Shown piece by piece: positions 34,814-44,896 of a DNA stretch of 47,128 bases. This DNA is from a virus (Duplodnaviria > Caudoviricetes). The notes under the pieces were generated by a model. The model saw only the letters and a list, made by a program, of their open reading frames with translations, searched no databases and was not told the origin of the DNA. The stretch is from positions 1-47,128 of the IMG/VR virus record IMGVR_UViG_3300042923_001800. One strand, given 5' to 3'. Position 1 is the stretch's first letter; the number at the start of each line of letters is the position of its first letter. Position numbers and translations under genes: made by a program.

Positions 34814-37678
34814 ATGATAAGTGCTGGAGAAGCTGTAGCGGTATTGTCATTAAATACTTCACCCTTTACAGCTAGCATAAAATCAGCTGGTCAAGACTTA
34901 AAAAGATTTGTTGATGGAACTCAAACAGAAGAAAAAAGAATTAAAGCTTTAGGGTCAGCTATAAATGGTGTTGGGTCCTCTTTAACTAAAGGATTTACAG
35001 TACCTATGGCAGGTGCAGGAGCAATAGCTACTAAAGTATTTATGGACTTTGAAGCTCAAATGAGCAGAGTTAAAGCTATATCAGGAGCAGCTGGAGAAGA
35101 TTTTAAAAAACTTAATAATGAAGCGAAAAGACTAGGTGCTCAAACGGCATTTAGTGCCAAAGAAGCAGCTAATGGTATGGAGAACTTAGCAAGTGCAGGT
35201 TTTAGTGTTACTGAAATAATGGATGCTATGCCTGGTATGTTAGATTTGGCAGCAAGTGGAGGCACAGATTTAGCAGTTGCAGCAGATATAGCAGCTTCTA
35301 CATTAAGAGGATTCGGTCTTGAAGCTAAAGAAGCAGCTCATGTATCAGATGTATTGGCTAAGGCTGCCGCAGATACGAATGCAGGAATAGAAGATACTGG
35401 CGAGGCTATGAAATATGTAGCACCAGTTGCTAGAGCAATGGGATTGAGTTTAGAAGAAGTAACTGCAGCTATAGGAGAAATGTCTAATGCAGGAATTAAA
35501 GGTGGCCAAGCTGGAACTGCGCTAAGAGCATCATTAACACGACTCGCAAATCCTACAGATGAAGCATCAAAGCTAATGAAAAAGTTAGGATTTGATGCGT
35601 ATAATTCTTCAGGCAACATGTTACCATTAAAAGATATAATAGCTAATCTTGAAAAGTCTATGAACAAATTAACAGATGAGCAAAAACAACAAGCTATAGC
35701 AACAATATTTGGACAAGAAGCTATGTCTGGAATGTTAACTCTTGTCCAAGCTGGACCACAAGAATTGGACAAGTTAACACAAAGCTTTAAAAATTCAGAT
35801 GGTGCAGCTAAAAAGATGGCCGACACAATGAAAGATAATCTAAAAGGTCAGTGGGACAATTTAACTGGAGCTGCAGAAGGCGCAGCTATTGCAGTTGGCG
35901 AAAGACTAGCTCCAATGTTAGGCAAATTAGCTGAAAAAGTTAATGAGGCAGTAGACTGGTTTAATAATTTATCAGATACCCAAAAGGACCAAATAGTTAA
36001 GATTGGGTTAATGGTGGCGGCGGCTGGACCCTTATTGGTTATAGGTGGGAAAATGATAGGAATTATAGGTTCTTTAGTAGGTGGGGTTAGTAAACTTACT
36101 ACAGGATTTAAGCTATTAACGACGACTACATCAGCAGTAAAAACAGTTGCTATAGTTGCGCAAGGTGCCTTAGGTGCTACAAGTGTTGCAGCTAGCACTG
36201 CCGGAGCTTCAGCAGTAGCTGGTGCAACTGGTCTTGGAGGATTAGCTAGCAGTCTAGGTGGAGTTGTTGTAGCAGCAGCGCCATTTTTATTAGCAGGTGC
36301 AGCAGTAGCAGGTATCGGATATGCTGTTTATAAAGGTATGACAACAGAAGCAGTACCAGCGATTGACTTATTTGCAGATAAAGTAGAATCTACTGCAGCG
36401 GTGGTAACTGATGCTAATGGTGAAATGGTAGTATCAACTGAGACGAGTGTTACTAAGATAAGTGATAGCACTCAAAAGGCTGTAGGAGCATACATATCAC
36501 TTGATAAAGATGCTACAGGGGCTTTACAGTCCTTGCAGTTAAACAGCACTACAATAACAACAGATATAGCAACCCAATTATCTACGACCTTTGCAAATAT
36601 GGGAGAACAAATTAAAACAGGACTTAAAGCAGACTTTGATGACCAATATACAATAATGCAAGAGTTTTATACTAACTCTAAGGCATTGAGTGAGGAAGAG
36701 GAAGCTAAAACATTAAAAAACTTGCAAGATAATTATAATTTTCAAAAGGAAATTGTAGATGGTGGCACTAAAGAAATTAACGAAATAGTTAAAAAAGCCT
36801 CAGATGAGAAAAGACAGCTTACTGATGAAGAAGCAAGGATAATTGCTAACATCCAAAACAATATGAAAACTCAAGCTATAAAAACCTTATCTGAAAACGA
36901 GGTTGAAGCTCAAATTATACTCCAGAGAATGAAAGACTATGATACAAGAATTACAGCAGAGCAATCTGCTGAACATATCAAACAGCTTAATGATAGTAAG
37001 GATAAGGCTATTATGGCAGCTAATGAAGAATATGAAAAAAGAATAGCTACAATAACTAAACTAAGAGATGAAAGTGGAACAATTAGCGCTGAACAAGCTG
37101 ATAAACTAATAGCAGAAGCCACAAGACAGAAAGACGGTATAATTGAAAAAGCTGAAGAAACTAGGCTTGGGGCAATAGATAAGATGAGGGAAATGAACAG
37201 TGATTTAGATCAACAGGTTGATACCAGCAGTGGTGAAATACTTACTTCATGGGATAAGTTGAAAAGATGGTGGTCAGGTTGGAAACCTGAGACGAAGTCT
37301 TTTCAATACCAGGTCACCGCAAATAAATCTCAAATGGATTCAGGACTTGGATATGCTACAGGTACTTATTCAGCAGGAAGTGGATTACACTGGGTAGGTG
37401 AAAGAGGTCCAGAGTTGATGGAGCTTAAGGGTGGAGAGAGAATTTATAATGCAGCTGAAAGTAGTAGAATTGCTAATTCAATGACATCAGCAAGCTCCAA
37501 TTTAAACAACGATGGTATCGAAAAATTATTAGAAAAGGTTAGTAAGATTCTAGAGAATACTAAGAATACTGGTAGTGAGGTAAATGTAACTCAGCATATT
37601 TATTCAACAATACCTAGTCCAAGTGATATAGCGAGACAGACTAAAAGTAATTTGCAACAATTGGCATTAAATTGGTGA
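34814..37678 (+). CDS. Tape measure protein (TP901-family core)
   Basis: 954 aa Ala-rich; FEAQMSRVKAISGA, GIKGGQAGTALR, GERGPEL. Confidence 0.95.
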   Translation: MISAGEAVAVLSLNTSPFTASIKSAGQDLKRFVDGTQTEEKRIKALGSAINGVGSSLTKGFTVPMAGAGAIATKVFMDFEAQMSRVKAISGAAGEDFKKLNNEAKRLGAQTAFSAKEAANGMENLASAGFSVTEIMDAMPGMLDLAASGGTDLAVAADIAASTLRGFGLEAKEAAHVSDVLAKAAADTNAGIEDTGEAMKYVAPVARAMGLSLEEVTAAIGEMSNAGIKGGQAGTALRASLTRLANPTDEASKLMKKLGFDAYNSSGNMLPLKDIIANLEKSMNKLTDEQKQQAIATIFGQEAMSGMLTLVQAGPQELDKLTQSFKNSDGAAKKMADTMKDNLKGQWDNLTGAAEGAAIAVGERLAPMLGKLAEKVNEAVDWFNNLSDTQKDQIVKIGLMVAAAGPLLVIGGKMIGIIGSLVGGVSKLTTGFKLLTTTTSAVKTVAIVAQGALGATSVAASTAGASAVAGATGLGGLASSLGGVVVAAAPFLLAGAAVAGIGYAVYKGMTTEAVPAIDLFADKVESTAAVVTDANGEMVVSTETSVTKISDSTQKAVGAYISLDKDATGALQSLQLNSTTITTDIATQLSTTFANMGEQIKTGLKADFDDQYTIMQEFYTNSKALSEEEEAKTLKNLQDNYNFQKEIVDGGTKEINEIVKKASDEKRQLTDEEARIIANIQNNMKTQAIKTLSENEVEAQIILQRMKDYDTRITAEQSAEHIKQLNDSKDKAIMAANEEYEKRIATITKLRDESGTISAEQADKLIAEATRQKDGIIEKAEETRLGAIDKMREMNSDLDQQVDTSSGEILTSWDKLKRWWSGWKPETKSFQYQVTANKSQMDSGLGYATGTYSAGSGLHWVGERGPELMELKGGERIYNAAESSRIANSMTSASSNLNNDGIEKLLEKVSKILENTKNTGSEVNVTQHIYSTIPSPSDIARQTKSNLQQLALNW

Positions 37679-37679
37679 G

Positions 37680-38558
37680 GTGAGATATTTGCAAGAAAAA
37701 TTAATTTATACGAATGAAAAAGGTTTAAGTGTAGAAATATCTCACTCAAGCCTTTTTTTTCTTAAAAAGGTCGACGGCTTGGCTGCCATTAAAAATATAA
37801 TATATACTTCTAAGGGTGTTATGCAAGATGGCGTAATGGCTACAGGACAAAGCTTAGACATGAGAGATATCTCAATTGAAGGTAGTATTAATTCTACAGA
37901 ACAAGAAGAGACACTGAAGCATAGACAAGAACTAATAAAAGTATTTAATCCAAAGCTCAAGGGGACTTTAAGATATGAATTCGGGGATTTTATCAAAGAA
38001 ATTGATTGTAAGATTGAAATAGCACCAACATTACCATATACGGATGCAACATTTAAGAATTTCTTAATACAATTAATATGCCCTAATCCTTATTGGAAAG
38101 ATGCTGCTGAATCTAAGGAGGAAATAGCGTTATGGAAAGGTGTTTTTGAATTTGATTTAGAGCTTTTCCAGGAGGGTATAGAAATGGGTCATAGAGAGCC
38201 AAGTCTTATAGTTAACGTACTTAATAATGGTCACGTTGCCTGTGGAATGAAGATTGAATTCAAAGCTCTTGCTACAGTAGTTAATCCTTCAATTTTAAAT
38301 GTAAATACTGAAGAATATATAAAAATAAATAAAACCATGGTTGCTGGTGAAGTACTAAATATATCAACTTCTTATGGAAAAAAGAAAGTAGAAAATGTCT
38401 TAAATGGAGTAACTAGTAATGCATTTAATTATATAGATTTCCAGAGTACATTCCTGCAGTTAGATCCAGGCGACAATCTCTTAAGATATAATGCAGATAC
38501 TGGTATTGATAACTTAGAAGTGAGCATATATTATGCTCCTCAATACTTGGGGGTGTAG
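37680..38558 (+). CDS. Distal tail (Dit)-like protein
   Basis: After the tape measure; L.CPNPYW, N.G....G..I.F.A...V.NP, FLQL.PGDN. Confidence 0.85.
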   Translation: MRYLQEKLIYTNEKGLSVEISHSSLFFLKKVDGLAAIKNIIYTSKGVMQDGVMATGQSLDMRDISIEGSINSTEQEETLKHRQELIKVFNPKLKGTLRYEFGDFIKEIDCKIEIAPTLPYTDATFKNFLIQLICPNPYWKDAAESKEEIALWKGVFEFDLELFQEGIEMGHREPSLIVNVLNNGHVACGMKIEFKALATVVNPSILNVNTEEYIKINKTMVAGEVLNISTSYGKKKVENVLNGVTSNAFNYIDFQSTFLQLDPGDNLLRYNADTGIDNLEVSIYYAPQYLGV

Positions 38559-38561
38559 ACT

Positions 38562-39728
38562 ATGGAACTTTATATATTCGATAGAGAACTTAATTTTAAA
38601 GGTGTTTTAGATACCTTTTTTTCTTTTAGATGGGTAAGAAGATATTATAAAAGTGGCGAGTTTGAGCTGCAATGCACAGTAACTCCTGAAAGCTTAGGTT
38701 TATTACAAAGAGAAAATATAATCTTTAAAAAGGGTGACAATGAAGCTGGTTATATAGAATATAGAAATTTGAAGCAAGACAAAGAAGGAAAGGAAGTATT
38801 AGTTTTAAAAGGTAAGTTTCTTACTGGATATCTAAATAGGCGTATTATTTGGGGTGCTGAAATATTAAATACTACCACTGAAAATGCCATGAGAACACTT
38901 GTAAATAATAATTGCATTAATCCTGTAGACCTTAACAGAGTAATAAATAATCTTATTCTAGGCAGTTTAAACAATTTTACTCCTGCAGTAAACTACCAAG
39001 TATCTTATAAAAATCTAGCAGATGAACTTGAGAATCTAAGCAATATAAGTGATTTAAGTCATAGAATTAACTTTGACATTGCTAATAGAAAACTAGTCTT
39101 TGATGTATATGAGGGACTAGATAGAAGTATAAATCAAAGTATTAATCCAAGAGCAATATTTAGCAAAGAATTTGAAAATATATTAGAGCAAGAGTTTACA
39201 GATAGCCTTAATAATTATAAAAACTTAGCACTTATAGGCGGAATTGGAGAGGACGCTGCAAGAAAACTAGTAACTATAGGGAATAGTGCAGGACTAGATA
39301 GATTTGAAACATTTGTAGACCAAAAAAGCTTATCTAATAAAGTTGATGGAGTAGTTATGAGTGATACCGAGTATACTAATCTATTAATTGAAAAGGGTAA
39401 TGGAACATTAGCTGAAACTAAGGAAATACAAACTTTTGATAACAAGATTAATATTAATTCTAATTTAGTTTATAAAACTGATTTTGATCTAGGAGATATT
39501 GTTACTTGTACATCTAAAAGGTGGGGCATTACTTTAAATACAAGAATTACTGAAGTTGAAGAAGTTTATGAAGAGCAAGGTCAACGGATTAATATAATAT
39601 TTGGTAATAATATTCCTACCTTAATAGATAAGATCAAGAGCATGTCAAAACAGCAATCTGGTGCCGGTGGTATTAGTACGACAACAAGTGCTGAGATAAC
39701 TGTAATTGATGGTGGAAGTTTTGTATAG
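38562..39728 (+). CDS. Tail hub / siphovirus Gp37-like protein
   Basis: W.RRYY..GEFEL, GLDR.E.FVD, Y..DFDLGDIVT. Confidence 0.87.
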   Translation: MELYIFDRELNFKGVLDTFFSFRWVRRYYKSGEFELQCTVTPESLGLLQRENIIFKKGDNEAGYIEYRNLKQDKEGKEVLVLKGKFLTGYLNRRIIWGAEILNTTTENAMRTLVNNNCINPVDLNRVINNLILGSLNNFTPAVNYQVSYKNLADELENLSNISDLSHRINFDIANRKLVFDVYEGLDRSINQSINPRAIFSKEFENILEQEFTDSLNNYKNLALIGGIGEDAARKLVTIGNSAGLDRFETFVDQKSLSNKVDGVVMSDTEYTNLLIEKGNGTLAETKEIQTFDNKININSNLVYKTDFDLGDIVTCTSKRWGITLNTRITEVEEVYEEQGQRINIIFGNNIPTLIDKIKSMSKQQSGAGGISTTTSAEITVIDGGSFV

Positions 39729-39743
39729 AAAGGATGTGATAAC

Positions 39744-40490
39744 TTGGAAAAATCGAGTTTCTTTAACTCTGTGAATGGCGATAGGAAATATAAAGCTTCT
39801 GATTTTGCAGAGTATTTTAATTCATTACTTACGAATGGTGTATTCCCCAATCCAAACACCAATTTACAGGTATTAAGTAATAATAATATGACCGTTACTC
39901 TTAAGGTGGGAAAGGCTTGGATTAACGGTTATATTTATTTCAATACAGATGATTTAATCTTACCTATAGAAGTTGCTGACGGTGTGCTTAATAGAATAGA
40001 TAGATTAGTACTTAAGATGGATACAGTAAATAGAAATATAACGGCTAAAATCAAAAAAGGCGCTTTCGCTAGTACCCCAGTTGCTCCTAGCTTGCAACGT
40101 GATGCAGATGGATATGAACTTGGAATTGCAGATATCTATATAGGAAAAGGTGTTGTAAGCATATTACAGGCTAATATTACTGATTTAAAGCTTAACACGA
40201 CTTATTGTGGCATAGTTGGGAGTTTAATTCAGCCAGATACAACTGCAATATTTAATCAATACCAGGATTGGTTTAATACAAAGTCTGGCCAGTATCAAAC
40301 TAATTTAGATGCTATGGAATCACAGTTTCAAAGCGATTTTAACACTTGGTTTGCTTCAGCGCAAAATACTTTAAATGGAGATATTGCTGGCAATTTACTT
40401 ACTCTAATCAATGCAATACCTAAAATTTATGAAGGAGCAACCGAACCTACAGGAATAACTAGTATAGATTATTGGAACAAAGAAATTTAA
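39744..40490 (+). CDS. Baseplate/fibre-anchor structural protein
   Basis: FFNSVNGDRKY.A.DFA.YF, G.AWING, RIDR.V, ITD.......CG.V. Confidence 0.82.
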   Translation: MEKSSFFNSVNGDRKYKASDFAEYFNSLLTNGVFPNPNTNLQVLSNNNMTVTLKVGKAWINGYIYFNTDDLILPIEVADGVLNRIDRLVLKMDTVNRNITAKIKKGAFASTPVAPSLQRDADGYELGIADIYIGKGVVSILQANITDLKLNTTYCGIVGSLIQPDTTAIFNQYQDWFNTKSGQYQTNLDAMESQFQSDFNTWFASAQNTLNGDIAGNLLTLINAIPKIYEGATEPTGITSIDYWNKEI

Positions 40491-40505
40491 GGGAAGGTGA
40501 GCTAG

Positions 40506-41522
40506 TTGTCTCAAACAATTCAAATTAAAAGAGGTCTTAAAGTTAATTTACCAACATTAGCATCAGGAGAAATGGGATTTTGTACAGATACAAAAGAAGT
40601 TTATGTAGGTGATGGTACATCAAATATTTTAGTTGGAAGGGTTATGATAGGTACCTATGCATCAAGGCCAAATGCAGGTGTACCAGGTAGGCTTTATTAC
40701 GTCAATAGTGGCGCAAACATAGGTTATATTTACTTAGATGATGGCAGCGCATGGCAAAGAGCAAATGCGGTATCATTAGGCGATTTATCTGGTAACCTTG
40801 ATAATATAACTGATGGCACAACATACGGTAAAGTTAAAAATACCGAACTTTACAATGGTCAGGTAAAGCAAATTAGTGATGGTACGAATACTGTTACAGC
40901 AAGTGAAGGTAAGACACATATTAACGATGTTGCAAAGCATAGAACGATTAATGATTCGGGAGGCGCAGTAACAGACCTTTGGTCAGCTCAAAAGATAGCA
41001 AATGAAATTGCTCTAGCAAAAAAAGGGATTGAATATCAGGATTCGGTAAAAGATAAAGACTTGCTAACGCCTCCAGCTTCACCGACTACTGGGGATAGAT
41101 ATATTATTGCTACAGGCACTGCAACAGGCACATGGGTAGGCAAAAATACACAAATAGCAGAATGGAATGGTAGTGCATGGGTATTTTATGCTCCTGCAGA
41201 AGGTTGGACATGTTTTATAGATGATGAAGATAAACAATACTCATTCAATGGTACAGCTTGGGTTAGGACTGGTGGGGCTCTTCAAACAGTTACTGCAGGT
41301 GCAGGACTTACAGGTGGGGGACAGGCTGACACTGTAACTCTTAATATTGGTGTAGGTAATGGAATTACTGTTAATGCAGATGATATAACTGTAAAAGCTT
41401 ACAAAGGCATTACAGTAGATGCTAATGGTGTTGCTGTAAATATAGATAATGCAAGTATTATATATGATAGTGCTAATGGAAATAGATTAATGGTAGCAAC
41501 AGTTGATGGTGGTACCTTCTAA
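40506..41522 (+). CDS. Tail fibre protein with DUF2793-like domain
   Basis: IQIKRG....PTL..GE.G..TDT N-terminus; PP.SP..GDRYII...W.G....IAEW. Confidence 0.82.
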   Translation: MSQTIQIKRGLKVNLPTLASGEMGFCTDTKEVYVGDGTSNILVGRVMIGTYASRPNAGVPGRLYYVNSGANIGYIYLDDGSAWQRANAVSLGDLSGNLDNITDGTTYGKVKNTELYNGQVKQISDGTNTVTASEGKTHINDVAKHRTINDSGGAVTDLWSAQKIANEIALAKKGIEYQDSVKDKDLLTPPASPTTGDRYIIATGTATGTWVGKNTQIAEWNGSAWVFYAPAEGWTCFIDDEDKQYSFNGTAWVRTGGALQTVTAGAGLTGGGQADTVTLNIGVGNGITVNADDITVKAYKGITVDANGVAVNIDNASIIYDSANGNRLMVATVDGGTF

Positions 41523-41533
41523 GGAGGGTCATT

Positions 41534-41845
41534 ATGGCAAAGATTAAGATAAAACGTGGCCCAGAAGCAAATTTAAATAGCATAACTCTTGATGATGGCG
41601 AGTTAGTATTAGCAACTGATACTAAAAATTTATATGTTGGCGTATCAGGACAAAAGATTTTGTTAGTCAATACATCTACAAACGGAGATATGCAAAAAAA
41701 CATATATGATACTGATAATGATGGAATAGTTGACCAGGCTGAAAAAGTAGACTGGTCTGGTGTGCTGAATAAACCTGTAACAACACTAAGTGTAACTGAA
41801 CCAAGTTCAACAAATGCTGGAGACTCCTGGGAAAAAATATTATAG
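41534..41845 (+). CDS. Short tail fibre adaptor
   Basis: Same N-terminal KRG..GE...TDT motif; GDM.K.IYDTDNDGIVD. Confidence 0.75.
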   Translation: MAKIKIKRGPEANLNSITLDDGELVLATDTKNLYVGVSGQKILLVNTSTNGDMQKNIYDTDNDGIVDQAEKVDWSGVLNKPVTTLSVTEPSSTNAGDSWEKIL

Positions 41846-41858
41846 AGGAGATGATTTT

Positions 41859-42266
41859 ATGCCAGATACAGAAGTAAATATAGAAATGCGAAAAAGAAAT
41901 TCCACAAATGATGGATGGATTATTAGATATCCTGTAACTAAAGCAGCTAATGTAAAGACTGCTGGTGGAAGTGACGTTGAAACGACGTTGGCTGCTATTG
42001 TGAAAGTAAAGAGCAATGTAACCATACTATCTACAGGATGGGTAAATAATATAAGCACACTAGGATATTGGACTTACGATTATAATGATGCAGACATAAC
42101 AAGTTCTACTGTAGTAGATATTAACATTAGAGTAGAAGACTTAGAAAAGGCTAGCGATTTAAAATCCGCTAATTTAAGCTCAAGCGGAAGTGTAAGGCTA
42201 TATGCTAAATCTAAGCCAGAGAGCAATTTAATCGCAGACTTGAAGTTTACTAGGGCGGTGATATAG
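41859..42266 (+). CDS. Tail fibre-associated protein
   Basis: SD AGAGGAG before ATG 41859; YP.T.A..V motif. Confidence 0.7.
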   Translation: MPDTEVNIEMRKRNSTNDGWIIRYPVTKAANVKTAGGSDVETTLAAIVKVKSNVTILSTGWVNNISTLGYWTYDYNDADITSSTVVDINIRVEDLEKASDLKSANLSSSGSVRLYAKSKPESNLIADLKFTRAVI

Positions 42267-43673
42267 ATGGCAGTAGGAAGAGTTAATGTTGGAGGCTCTT
42301 CATTAGGTCTTAACACCAAAATTAACATGTTCGTACAATCTAGTCAACCTACGCCTGTTAATAAGGGCGATATATGGATAGATACCCCATTATTAGCCAA
42401 TACGCTATATGTGTATGAATACGGGAAAATGCCACCACAAGTAGCGGGCGCTGTATGGCTTAGCATTTACGACGTAGATTTAAAATTTACTATACAGAAA
42501 GCCTTGCAAACGTTCGGCAGCAATAAAGCCGAGATAAACGTAGACTATTCTTCTGAACAAATATTCGATACCAATATAGACGGCGGAAAATACGTAACCC
42601 TGCAGAACGACTTTATGCAAGTCTACGGGTATATAGGTACGGCTAGAATATGGGATAGTGTAAATAACAAATGGGTATTCCCTACCTCGTCGAAGATGTG
42701 GACAGGTACAGCCTGGAAAACCTTAAGCTTAATTAATAATGACTACGCACTTTTCGGGGTAACTACATTCGTTACAACAATTTACGGACCCGACGGAACA
42801 GTAAAAAAGACGCTACCTGCCAACGCTGTACGTATGGGCGCTATGGGTTACGCAAAAGACAACCGCTTCGTTGCAATAAGGTATGTGAGCGCCACAGTTT
42901 ATTATTTAGACGTCTATACAGAAGACTACGAATTAATCAAAAGCGTGTTGTTAACAAACGTATTGAAGCTATACGCTTACACAAAGAACGCCATATGTAT
43001 AGACAGCCAAGATAACTTATACTATTCAACCACTAACGGAATAGTGAGAGTAAATCTTAATACCGATGTACAGACCGTTATAATAAGCGACTTATCAGCG
43101 GGCGCGAGTGAGTATGTAAGGGATATGATATTAGACGACGAAAACAAGCGCCTTTATTATGTTACTACAGACGACCTTATAACTGTGGTTAACCTACTTA
43201 CAAATACACAATCGAACTTAATAACGAACCTGTACGACACAGGCTTGACATTAACTTACTTCGGCTTAAATATTGACGGAGTGCTATACTGCCAAAGGGG
43301 AACGGGCGCGGTAAAAGTTACCTTCGATAAAACAGGGGCGCCTATTGCTACGACTACGGGGTCAACTTCGGGCTATGGGGGATATTTGAAGTACGGAAAA
43401 GACGGTCAAATTTTAGGTAGATACGGTTCTACTAGAGTAGATATAATTAACCCCGACAACACAGTAACGCCGTACGTAGCAAATGGCGCCAACTTTTATT
43501 ATGCTGTAGCTTTCCAATTAAGGACTGGCGAATTTTACACACATGATAATGCAGTAGTGGTTAAACTAGACAGCGCGGGCGGCGTTATATGGAGTAAAGT
43601 TATGTCAGACGAAGCGCGCGTAGGAATTACACAAACATTTTTCCCAGCACAATACCCAACATATTTTAGATAA
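42267..43673 (+). CDS. Putative receptor-binding protein (beta-propeller-like C-terminus)
   Basis: Last large tail gene; P.P..KGDIW linker; repeated D..D.LY blades. Confidence 0.72.
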   Translation: MAVGRVNVGGSSLGLNTKINMFVQSSQPTPVNKGDIWIDTPLLANTLYVYEYGKMPPQVAGAVWLSIYDVDLKFTIQKALQTFGSNKAEINVDYSSEQIFDTNIDGGKYVTLQNDFMQVYGYIGTARIWDSVNNKWVFPTSSKMWTGTAWKTLSLINNDYALFGVTTFVTTIYGPDGTVKKTLPANAVRMGAMGYAKDNRFVAIRYVSATVYYLDVYTEDYELIKSVLLTNVLKLYAYTKNAICIDSQDNLYYSTTNGIVRVNLNTDVQTVIISDLSAGASEYVRDMILDDENKRLYYVTTDDLITVVNLLTNTQSNLITNLYDTGLTLTYFGLNIDGVLYCQRGTGAVKVTFDKTGAPIATTTGSTSGYGGYLKYGKDGQILGRYGSTRVDIINPDNTVTPYVANGANFYYAVAFQLRTGEFYTHDNAVVVKLDSAGGVIWSKVMSDEARVGITQTFFPAQYPTYFR

Positions 43674-43688
43674 TAGGAGGATAGGAAA

Positions 43689-44021
43689 ATGATATATTTA
43701 AGCGATCTAACAGAAATAGGACCAGACAAATATGTGGTTGGCTACGTTCATCATCAACCCTTTTCAGAAGAGTATGGCTTGAGAAAAACTAAGTCAGAAC
43801 TGGAACAAACAGGGTATTTTGTTGAGTCAATTCCACAGCCTTCCCAAATAGAAGGCAAAGAGCCAATTATATGCTACAGTAAAAATTCAAACACGATATT
43901 TTACGAGTATCAGGACAAGCCTCCAACAGAAGAAGAACTGCGTATAGCAGAATTAGAAAACCAAGCAATATACAACTTAGACCTAGACTTTAGACTTAGC
44001 AAAATAGAATTAGGATTATAG
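43689..44021 (+). CDS. Tail fibre-associated small protein
   Basis: PF....GL.KT..EL...G..VE.IP.P. Confidence 0.7.
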   Translation: MIYLSDLTEIGPDKYVVGYVHHQPFSEEYGLRKTKSELEQTGYFVESIPQPSQIEGKEPIICYSKNSNTIFYEYQDKPPTEEELRIAELENQAIYNLDLDFRLSKIELGL

Positions 44022-44034
44022 GAGGAATGTAAAA

Positions 44035-44178
44035 ATGACTTGCGCTTATTGTAAAAAGGTAATCACAAACAACACTTATGGAACTAAAGAGGAAATGATG
44101 GAAAAGCTGGATGTGTTCTTGCTTAATAATAGAATTACTCAAGAACAATACACAGAGTTAGTCGGATTATTAGGATAA
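44035..44178 (+). CDS. XkdX-like small protein (47 aa)
   Basis: KLDVFLLNNRITQEQYTEL; SD AGGAGG. Confidence 0.72.
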   Translation: MTCAYCKKVITNNTYGTKEEMMEKLDVFLLNNRITQEQYTELVGLLG

Positions 44179-44279
44179 GACTGAATAGAACATAGGATGC
44201 CTGAATCAAAATAAAAATGTTTTATTTATTTATTAGTAGGGTACTATAAATAAATAAATATTTAACTGGAGGCATTGAG

Positions 44280-44525
44280 ATGAAAGAGGATAACGAGTTA
44301 ATAAAAGTAGTAGAGTTTGCTAATAAAGTATACTTGTGTCCAGTTCTTCCTAATGGATTGGAATTTGGAAGCGTAGCTGTGGCTAGTTCAAAGGATGAAG
44401 CGAAAAAAATTATTAAAGAGGCTGTAGAAAGAGAGGGATGGGAAGTTGAAGAGGACAAAATGGTCTTGCAGGAAATTGATACTACATATGCTAATGCAGT
44501 AATTATTGATCCACTTAATAGTTAA
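44280..44525 (+). CDS. Moron, acidic hypothetical protein
   Basis: SD GGAGG; AT-rich upstream gap; terminator 44533-44562. Confidence 0.7.
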   Translation: MKEDNELIKVVEFANKVYLCPVLPNGLEFGSVAVASSKDEAKKIIKEAVEREGWEVEEDKMVLQEIDTTYANAVIIDPLNS

Positions 44526-44580
44526 TTTACATGAGGGTAGAAAATCTACTCTCTTTTTATTTTAAGAAAGTAGGTGTAAC

Positions 44581-44880
44581 ATGGGTGAAAACTGCAAAGA
44601 TTGTCTGCAGCTTGAAACATTAAAAAGTGAAGTAAGTGAGCTAAAGACAAAAGTTAATAAGCTTGAAGAAAAAATAAATGTAATTGAGAAGGACACAGCA
44701 ATTAATCAGGAGCAAACTAAAATGGTGTTCAAAATCCTAACAGAAATTAAAGATAGCATAGAGAAAATATCCGATAAATTTGATGAAATTGAATCTAGAC
44801 CAAGTAAGCTACTATATTCCGTTGCAGGTGGAATTATAGTAGCTATTATTATGGTCGGATTTAAATTTGTAGGTAAATAG
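44581..44880 (+). CDS. XhlA-like/holin-like protein
   Basis: Coiled coil plus C-terminal TM, directly before the endolysin. Confidence 0.7.
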   Translation: MGENCKDCLQLETLKSEVSELKTKVNKLEEKINVIEKDTAINQEQTKMVFKILTEIKDSIEKISDKFDEIESRPSKLLYSVAGGIIVAIIMVGFKFVGK

Positions 44881-44896
44881 AAAGGAGGAACGTACT

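Noticed and set aside
35338-37122. Long antisense ORFs inside the tape measure gene (and similar ones within other genes)
   Set aside because: Shadow ORFs from codon bias; no SD or recognisable motifs
42267-43673. Diversity-generating retroelement target
   Set aside because: No reverse transcriptase and no template/variable repeat pair seen in the window
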